Below are positions 57,952-64,000 of a DNA stretch of 64,000 nucleotides, piece by piece. The DNA is from an uncultured Anaerolineae bacterium. GTDB lineage: Bacteria > Chloroflexota > Anaerolineae > JAFGEY01. The DNA lies in NCBI GenBank assembly GCA_964481205.1, contig CAYZYE010000001.1, forward strand, positions 16,552-80,551, written 5' to 3'. The position numbers and the translations under genes are program-made. The notes beneath the pieces were generated by a model. The model saw nothing but the letters and a program-made list of their open reading frames with translations. It was not told the origin of the DNA and made no database searches. How positions within the stretch are numbered: position 1 is the stretch's first letter; each line of letters opens with the position of its first letter.

Positions 57952-60912
57952 TCAGGCGTCGTCGGAGATCATATCGGCGCCCACCCGCACATACACCCGC
58001 GACGTCCCCAGCGCCTTGTTCAACCCTTCCGCCGTCACCCGCAGCAGCGACTCGATGTCGGTTGCCTGCTGCATCTGCGCCGAAATGTCGGCAATAATCC
58101 CCTGCTGGGTCGCATACGCTTGAGTCTCTTGAAACAAACGCGCGTTTTCAACCGCCACCGCCAGACGGTCGGCGATGCCGCGCAGCAAACGCACCTCATC
58201 CTCCGTCATCTTGAGCCGTTCTTGCCGCCGGTAGCCCACCTCCAAAACGCCAATCGCCGCTCCACGCGCCAACAAAGGCACATACGCCCGCACCAAATCC
58301 ACGTGCCCTTCGCGCTCCCACAACTCGCGATCAAAGCGATCATCCCACCCATCGATCACCTCGATCTGTCCTTTGCGCGCAATATCGATCAAAATATCAT
58401 CCTGAACGTCGTCGAGCGCACGCACCATACCCGCCAACCCGGCGGCCAGCCCCACGCCGCGCGACGTTCGCAACTCACGCGCTTGCTCGTCGATCAAATT
58501 GATTGCCATATACGTAAAGCGCAGATCATCGGTCAGCACCCGCACCGCCACATCCAGCACATAATCCAGATCAAACGTCCCTGACACGGCCCGGCTGACC
58601 TGTTCCAAAACCTCCATTTCACGCACGCGCACCTGCATCGCCTCCACCAACCGGGCATTAATGATCGCATTAGACACCTGGTTCGCCATCGACTGGAAAA
58701 CCGAAATGTCTTCGGGCGTAAACGCTGCTTCTTGGGCGCTCTGGATCGTCAACGCGCCAATCACCTCACCGCGCGCGATCAGCGGCAAGGCCATCTCTGA
58801 ACGTGTATCGGGCAGCCAGGGGTTGGCAAAACGAACGGCGGTCTGACCGACATCCAACTGAATGTCTGCCTCGCCGCCGTCCACACAACGACCGATCATC
58901 GAATCGCCGCCGATTTCCAACTTGTGCCCGTTCTCGATCATCTTTTGACCGGCCGCTCCGGTGCCGGAGCGAAGCACCGCCCACCGTCCCGGCTCCCCCG
59001 TCCACGCGCCATCCAGATCGACAAGAAATAACCCGGCATAATACAAGTCAAACCGCTCCCGCGCCAGATCAACCACGCGCTGCACCAACACATCGGGGTC
59101 CAAAACGCTACTCGCCGCAGCCGAAACATCGGCGGAAATACGCAGCCGCTCCGCTTGCCGTTTAGCCCGCTGCACCAACGACACACTGTGCAACGCCGTA
59201 CTCAGTTGAAGTCGCAAAGCGCCATAGACCACCGTCTGGCGCGGTCCAACCTCAAGCACAATCACCCCCTGGCGCGTTTGCTGAAAATAAAGCGGCATTG
59301 TGACCAGGATATGAGGACGATCGGGAGAAAACAAGCCCTGCGGCGCCAACTGCCGTGTCGGAAAGCGCCGCGCCTCATCTGGCAGGATCAGCACTCCCTG
59401 TTCGTTAAAGGCCACCACCAGCTGCACCCACCCGGTCGACATCTCGGGACGTTCGTACAACGATACACAACCGCCCTCGATGCCCAGCTCGGGCACATAC
59501 TGCGTCACCACCGAAGTCAATTCAGCCACGCTAGAACTCAGCATCAACCGCTGGCTGATCCGCCGAAGCGTCCCCGTCAACTGTACCTCTTGCGCCCGCT
59601 GACGAACCTGCGCTCGCCACAGCACATCACCCACCACCACCCGCCCCTGTTCGCACAATGCTTCGCCCCGCGCCCGCATCTCGACATCACCAAGCAACGG
59701 CACAACGCGCGCGTGCAGCGCCGAGATCACGTCTTGCCATACCAGCGTGCCAGGCGTCGCCGTGATCGCATCCAACACCCTGCTCAACGCATTGACAAAC
59801 CGGCGCGACTGCCCCGTTGTGTCGCCCAGGTCGGCTATAAACCCATCCAACAACGCCTCGGCCCACCGCCCATCTGTGTGTTGAGGCACAGCAACAGCCG
59901 ACACCATCGCCGCGAGAATATCCGCCCGTTGCGCGGCGATCGCCTGCTCTCCCGCAAGAACCGACCCCGTCGCCGCGATGCTCTGACCGGCTCGCACCAC
60001 CGACGAAAGCATACACCCGCACGACTGGCGCAAAACCATCTGCGTGGGCAAAACCACCCGCTGTTGCACCGGCCTGCCCGCAATCAGGTCCAACAACATC
60101 TCGGCCGCCCGGCGTCCCTTCTCATAGATCGGCTGTCGCACCGTCGTCAGTGGCAACGCGCCCACCCGCGCGATCTCCATATCGTCAAACCCCACCACCG
60201 CCACATCGTCCGGCGTCTGCACCCCCCGCTCGCGCAGCGCGTCCAAGGCGCCCAAAGCCGTGTTGTCATTGACCGCCACGATCGCCTCGAAAGCCACCCG
60301 GCGACGATCCAACAACTCGTACACGGCCTCGCCCCCAGACTCGCGCAAGAACGTGCTCTCGACAACCAAACGATCGTCCAGGTCAATGCCATACGCGGCC
60401 AAAGCCTCCACATAAGCTCGATAGCGCACCTCGGCCTCTTGCTGCCCCACCATGCCCCGAATACAAGCAATGCGCCGAAAGCCATGCGCCTCAATCAGAT
60501 GCTCAACCACACTGCGCATACCCACATAATCATCGGTCTCGACGCTAAAAGTATCTTGCCAGGGCACACTGATACTGACGATGGGCAACGGACGATAACG
60601 ATCGACCAACCGCTGAAACTGCTCCTCGTCCATCCGGTGCCGAAACATCCCGGCCATGATCATCAAACCGTCGATGTTGCTCTCGCCGATCTCGGAATAA
60701 AGATTGCCGGCCCCACCGTCCGTCCCGCTCAGATCGCTGCTGAAATAGATCAGGTTGACGCCCCGCTCCCGCGCCACGTCTGCAACCCCCCACCACACCT
60801 CGGCGCTATAAACATCATCCAACCCCACACCCAACATACCAATCGTCGGACGACCATCCTGGAGGTATATCGATCGCGAGATTTCTTTTCCCGGCCCGGC
60901 GCCATCATCCAT
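57952..60912 (-). CDS. Cytoplasmic PBP1 (LacI/sugar-binding-like) - GAF x3 sensor protein, no output domain
   Basis: The ORF-track start is GTG at 60942. ATG at 60910-60912 (MDDGAGPGKE) with GAGGAG at -9 is preferred. The N-terminal PBP1 domain is paralogous to the gene at 12053..15262 (RPTIGMLGVGL.., ..VVGFDDM.., RQSCGC). Then three GAF units (FDLYYAGLFLVDLDGAWTGEPGRWAVLRSGTGAAG..) and cap ..IESLLRVTAEGLNKALGTSRVYVRVG. Confidence 0.8.
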   Translation of the reverse strand: MDDGAGPGKEISRSIYLQDGRPTIGMLGVGLDDVYSAEVWWGVADVARERGVNLIYFSSDLSGTDGGAGNLYSEIGESNIDGLMIMAGMFRHRMDEEQFQRLVDRYRPLPIVSISVPWQDTFSVETDDYVGMRSVVEHLIEAHGFRRIACIRGMVGQQEAEVRYRAYVEALAAYGIDLDDRLVVESTFLRESGGEAVYELLDRRRVAFEAIVAVNDNTALGALDALRERGVQTPDDVAVVGFDDMEIARVGALPLTTVRQPIYEKGRRAAEMLLDLIAGRPVQQRVVLPTQMVLRQSCGCMLSSVVRAGQSIAATGSVLAGEQAIAAQRADILAAMVSAVAVPQHTDGRWAEALLDGFIADLGDTTGQSRRFVNALSRVLDAITATPGTLVWQDVISALHARVVPLLGDVEMRARGEALCEQGRVVVGDVLWRAQVRQRAQEVQLTGTLRRISQRLMLSSSVAELTSVVTQYVPELGIEGGCVSLYERPEMSTGWVQLVVAFNEQGVLILPDEARRFPTRQLAPQGLFSPDRPHILVTMPLYFQQTRQGVIVLEVGPRQTVVYGALRLQLSTALHSVSLVQRAKRQAERLRISADVSAAASSVLDPDVLVQRVVDLARERFDLYYAGLFLVDLDGAWTGEPGRWAVLRSGTGAAGQKMIENGHKLEIGGDSMIGRCVDGGEADIQLDVGQTAVRFANPWLPDTRSEMALPLIARGEVIGALTIQSAQEAAFTPEDISVFQSMANQVSNAIINARLVEAMQVRVREMEVLEQVSRAVSGTFDLDYVLDVAVRVLTDDLRFTYMAINLIDEQARELRTSRGVGLAAGLAGMVRALDDVQDDILIDIARKGQIEVIDGWDDRFDRELWEREGHVDLVRAYVPLLARGAAIGVLEVGYRRQERLKMTEDEVRLLRGIADRLAVAVENARLFQETQAYATQQGIIADISAQMQQATDIESLLRVTAEGLNKALGTSRVYVRVGADMISDDA

Positions 60913-61028
60913 CACCGTCATCTCCTCATCCTCACTTTGCACTGCGCACCACTCGATCCCAGCCCGCTACTGCCTTTAACATAACACACCCCACCGGCAA
61001 GTAACATTACAAAACCATTGCACTTGCT

Positions 61029-63353
61029 TCAACATACTCCCGAATACGACGGCAACACCGCCACCCCGCGCCACCCGCGCACGGGATGAAACTCGCTCCA
61101 CATCGTCCCTTGATGTAAAGCTATAACCTCTTTACCCAACAACAGCCCCACATTATCCTCGCCCAAATGCTCGCTCGGCGTATCCACCGCCAATGCACCT
61201 TTCACCTCGACGTCCCGTGCAGACCATCCAATACTCCCCACGCCAACCACCCAAGCCCCCTGTTCGCAGGCAAACACCTCCACGGCAATCGCGCCCACCG
61301 AAACCTGCTCCGCCGCAGCCGTCGCCAACCCCAAAAAAGCCTGCTGCAACAAACCGGCATCCCCACACACCAACGCCTCGGCTTCCGGCTTGCGCTGCCA
61401 CTCAAAAGTCACATCGATGAACCGCTGCTGCGCCATCACCAAGACCTGCTCGATCAACTCGACAATATCGACCGGCTGTAAATCGGGCTGCACCCCATCA
61501 CTCTCCAACTCGGACAGCGTGATCACGTTATCGATCAAACCCAAAAGCTGGTAGCCGCTTTTGTGAATCGCCACCAGATCCGTGCGCTGCAAATCGGTCA
61601 GCGGCCCATCGACGCCCTTGAGCATCAAACCAGAAAAGCCAATGATATTGTTCAAAAAAGTAGCCAACTCGCGCGACCCCGCGCTCAACGAAGCCAGACG
61701 CACATGATCCAACCGGCTCAACCGCTCCACCGCCTCGTGCTCGGCCGCATACACCCGCGCGTTCTCGATAGCCACGCTAAGCTGATCGCTCAAGCTCTCC
61801 AACGCACCAACGTCCTGTTGAACGACGTTTTCACCACAGCGCCCGCGCAACTCCAACACACCGATCGTGCGCGCGCCGATGCGCAACGGGATGACCACTT
61901 GCGAGGGACACCTGCCGTCCGCCCGTTCGACACAGGTCTGCCCATCGCGCGCCACCTGCCCCACCAAACTGTCGCCGCCAACGGCCACACGCCGAGGTCC
62001 GGGGTAAGGAGTGTTCCCCTGACTGGTGTGCAGATCGAGCCACTCGCCAAACTCGTCCTGCAAAAAAACGGCCACGTGACTCGCGTCGTACACATAGGCA
62101 TAACTGTCCAAAATTAAGTGGGTAACTTGGGCCAAAAGTTCGTCCAGATCGAGAATCGAGGTCGCCACACGGCCAATCTCGGCGCTCAACGCCAACTGCA
62201 TCGCCTGATAACGCAACTGGCGATTGGCCTCGGTCAGTTGCAGCGTGCGCTCGACCACCTTTTGCTCAAGCCCTTCATACAACGAGCGCAATTCGGCAGT
62301 CATCACATTGAACGCGCGCCCCAAGATGCCAATCTCGTCCCGGCGGCGCACCTCGACAACTTGACTCAAATCACCGCCGGCGATCTTGACCGCGCTCACC
62401 GCCAAATCGACAATCGGGCTGGTCAATTGACGAGTGATCACCGCGGCCAACAATGTCGTCAACAAAGCAACGGCCAACGTACTGGCGATCAAGATCGTCG
62501 CCAACTCTTCTTGCCGTGTAAACACCGTCTCTTGAGGCTGCTCCACCCAAAAAGCCAGCGGCCAATTCTCCAACCCCCGGTACGCGCCCACCATCGGTCG
62601 CCCCAGCGCATCCTGATAAGTTTGTACGCCCTGCATCGATCCCATATCTACACCGGGCAAATCTATTGCCTGGTTTGTTACATGGCTGCATTGCGCCGAC
62701 AAGCACCACACCACCCGCGCATCTTGATCGAGCAAAAAACCCTGTTTGCCATCCTGAACAAGCAGAGGAACAAGCAACCGCTCCAACGCCTGCAGATCGG
62801 GATACCCCACCAACACTGCATCCGCGCCGTCGAGCGGCGCCGAGATCAAGAGCGATTGCGGCCACTCGGACCACCTCTCGGACAAGTGAGGAAATGCCCC
62901 TGGCCGGGTCAGAGAACAAACTGCCGCCGGCTGGTTGCGAACGATCACGGCAATAAACGCGAACCGGACACCGCCGCCCACGTCCGCTATCCCCGGCGCC
63001 ACCGCCTTGTCCCCCAACCCCGCGAATTTAGAAGCATAAATGTGCGAAAAAGAAGAACAAATATCCGACCACTCATCCCCCTGAACCGCCTGCTGCACCA
63101 CAGACGAATTCGCCAAAAGCAGCAAATTCGAGTGCAACCCATCCAACCAGGCCAGAATTTGCAACGCGCTTGAATCGGCAACCAAATTCAATTGACTGCG
63201 CGCCGTTTGGCGGGCAACCTGCTGCACCTGGCGAATCGCCAAATAGCTCACCACACTAAGCGGCACAATCGCCAATAACATAAAGGCTGTGAGCAAGATG
63301 CGCCCCAGCCCCCCGCGAGTTCCCGCAACCATCCTGGTCACTTGCGTTTTCAC
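61029..63353 (-). CDS. Cache-HAMP-GAF sensor with degenerate (pseudo) histidine-kinase module: H-box His replaced by Arg, HATPase_c degenerate
   Basis: GTG start (GAGG at -9). TM, Cache-like ectodomain, TM, HAMP (..GRAFNVMTAELRSLYEGLE..), one divergent GAF, then a HisKA-like dimerisation region. That region aligns with the true kinase at 4997..8041 but reads SRELATFLNNIIGFSGLMLKGVDGPL where SHELRTPLNSIIGFSRVMLKGIDGPL is expected; the Arg codon is at 61671-61673. The C-terminal roughly 150 aa are HATPase-like but lack the N and G1 boxes. Confidence 0.75.
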   Translation of the reverse strand: MKTQVTRMVAGTRGGLGRILLTAFMLLAIVPLSVVSYLAIRQVQQVARQTARSQLNLVADSSALQILAWLDGLHSNLLLLANSSVVQQAVQGDEWSDICSSFSHIYASKFAGLGDKAVAPGIADVGGGVRFAFIAVIVRNQPAAVCSLTRPGAFPHLSERWSEWPQSLLISAPLDGADAVLVGYPDLQALERLLVPLLVQDGKQGFLLDQDARVVWCLSAQCSHVTNQAIDLPGVDMGSMQGVQTYQDALGRPMVGAYRGLENWPLAFWVEQPQETVFTRQEELATILIASTLAVALLTTLLAAVITRQLTSPIVDLAVSAVKIAGGDLSQVVEVRRRDEIGILGRAFNVMTAELRSLYEGLEQKVVERTLQLTEANRQLRYQAMQLALSAEIGRVATSILDLDELLAQVTHLILDSYAYVYDASHVAVFLQDEFGEWLDLHTSQGNTPYPGPRRVAVGGDSLVGQVARDGQTCVERADGRCPSQVVIPLRIGARTIGVLELRGRCGENVVQQDVGALESLSDQLSVAIENARVYAAEHEAVERLSRLDHVRLASLSAGSRELATFLNNIIGFSGLMLKGVDGPLTDLQRTDLVAIHKSGYQLLGLIDNVITLSELESDGVQPDLQPVDIVELIEQVLVMAQQRFIDVTFEWQRKPEAEALVCGDAGLLQQAFLGLATAAAEQVSVGAIAVEVFACEQGAWVVGVGSIGWSARDVEVKGALAVDTPSEHLGEDNVGLLLGKEVIALHQGTMWSEFHPVRGWRGVAVLPSYSGVC

Positions 63354-63418
63354 GTCAGTTGCCTCATATCAAGAGTTACGTCAAATAACGTCCCCCGGTC
63401 AAACTGAGCAAAACCCGA

Positions 63419-63844
63419 TCATCCCCCGGCAAGCGTTCTCCCCAAATCCCACACCTGCTCCCCCCGCAGCGCCATCATCACCTGGTCGGGAAAACGATCC
63501 GGATCGATCGGCTTGGCAATAAAACCATCAAAACCGGCCTCGCGCGCGCGCCGCATATTGTCCTCGGTCGCTTCAGCCGTCACCGCCAGCACACACGTCT
63601 TTTCAAAGCGCGGATTCGAGCGCAGCCGTTCCAAAGTCGTATATCCATCCTCATAAGGCAAATGGATGTCCAACAAGATCAAATCTACCCTGGGCAACGA
63701 ACTCCCCAACCCCTGTATCTGGCGTCCGGTTCGACTCCAATCCAGCGACTTGACCCCCATAAACTTGAGCAGTCGAGCGATCAAGGTATAGTTGTAGATA
63801 TTGTCCTCAATAACCAGAATATGCGCATTTGCTGGTTCTACCAT
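63419..63844 (-). CDS. Stand-alone response-regulator receiver (CheY-like)
   Basis: Start ATG (MVEPANAHILVIEDN) with AGGGAG at -8. Phospho-acceptor LILLDIHLP, VLAVTA, IAKP. No output domain. It lies at the head of the train. Confidence 0.8.
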   Translation of the reverse strand: MVEPANAHILVIEDNIYNYTLIARLLKFMGVKSLDWSRTGRQIQGLGSSLPRVDLILLDIHLPYEDGYTTLERLRSNPRFEKTCVLAVTAEATEDNMRRAREAGFDGFIAKPIDPDRFPDQVMMALRGEQVWDLGRTLAGG

Positions 63845-63921
63845 AACACAACTCCCTATTACAGAACGACAAAAGCCCCAGTAAGGCAACTCGGGAGAAA
63901 TAATTGTCCCAGATTAGCAAA

Positions 63922-63941
63922 GGTTTTTCAGCACGCTCCTA
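63922..63941. repeat. Post-stop intergenic repeat element, partial copy C
   Basis: GGTTTTTCAGCACGCTCCTAG ends on the stop codon of the truncated gene at the window edge. Only the stop-proximal about 20 nt are conserved. Confidence 0.45.
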
Positions 63942-64000
63942 GCGCGCATGCTCCAAAAATGTCGCCACCTGTTCCGGCAACATATCCACATCCACCGGTT
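63939..64000 (-). CDS. 3' end of a further minus-strand gene (truncated by the window edge)
   Basis: Open frame to the window end, ending ..PVDVDMLPEQVATFLEHAR-TAG. The same post-stop sequence motif follows as behind two other genes of the train. Confidence 0.35.
   Translation of the reverse strand, partial: PVDVDMLPEQVATFLEHAR

Noticed and set aside
59155-60984. 609-aa plus-strand ORF (and similar long plus-strand ORFs at 10688..11752, 12521..13282, 13406..14161, 14438..15580, 36391..37782, 38059..39126, 46635..47804, 54688..55746, 62118..63173)
   Set aside because: All lie antisense to well-supported minus-strand genes. Their translations are Arg/His/Pro/Gln-rich low-complexity strings with no domain signatures. 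Such stop-poor antisense frames are typical artefacts in about 60% GC DNA.
4997-63353. Possibility that the GAF train is an assembly artefact (collapsed or expanded repeat)
   Set aside because: Paralogs are mostly only about 40-60% identical with different input domains and lengths, and junctions are unique. Only the 1.05-kb block at 24640-25690/27776-28826 is near-identical and is flagged separately.
1-64000. CRISPR arrays, tRNA/rRNA genes, IS elements/transposases, integrases, phage genes
   Set aside because: No direct-repeat/spacer periodicity, no tRNA-like cloverleaf candidates in the few intergenic regions, and no transposase/integrase-like ORFs on either strand. The window is almost entirely occupied by the sensor train.

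Overview
High-GC (about 60%) bacterial window, most consistent with a Chloroflexota-type genome. Only the first 2.2 kb is transcribed left to right: the 3' end of ileS with a textbook intrinsic terminator, then a TPR/membrane protein. From roughly 3.3 kb to the window end almost everything lies on the minus strand as one nearly gapless, co-directional gene train of about 60 kb and some 30 genes. Its dominant content is 21 paralogous sensor proteins that all carry the same tandem GAF module (signature LYYVGLFLVDE..GEWAVLRAGTGEAG...GHRLRVGE...ALPL..RG.VIGAL.VQS, followed by a second, degenerate GAF-like C-terminal cap ending ..LD.DTVLQTAVREIGQ.LGL..V.IRL). The input domains vary: Cache+HAMP, PBP1 (LacI-type ligand-binding domain), PAS arrays, or polytopic membrane anchors. 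Nineteen of them have no output domain, one is a pseudo-kinase in which the phospho-accepting His is replaced by Arg, and only the last gene of the train is a bona fide hybrid histidine kinase. That kinase is followed immediately, 5 nt after its stop codon, by a threonine-synthase-family enzyme fused to a receiver domain, and then a terminator. Embedded in the train are (i) a ParA/MinD-type ATPase, (ii) an SsuA/NMT1-like solute-binding lipoprotein, (iii) a stand-alone receiver, and (iv) a two-gene diterpene module homologous to M. tuberculosis Rv3378c/Rv3377c (the tuberculosinol/halimane pathway, also the Herpetosiphon kolavelool pathway). The class II cyclase has the variant DxD(V)T acid motif and overlaps the next GAF sensor by 4 nt (translational coupling). 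Gene junctions are mostly 4-14 nt overlaps or gaps under 15 nt, with Shine-Dalgarno sequences lying inside the upstream gene's last codons. An approximately 1 kb near-identical segment is shared by two adjacent giant PAS-GAF genes (offset 3136 nt). A roughly 85-nt intergenic element that begins exactly at the stop codon recurs behind three genes. Start codons were re-evaluated because the ORF track translates TTG/GTG starts as M. All homology statements are from sequence reading and recall; no searches were run.
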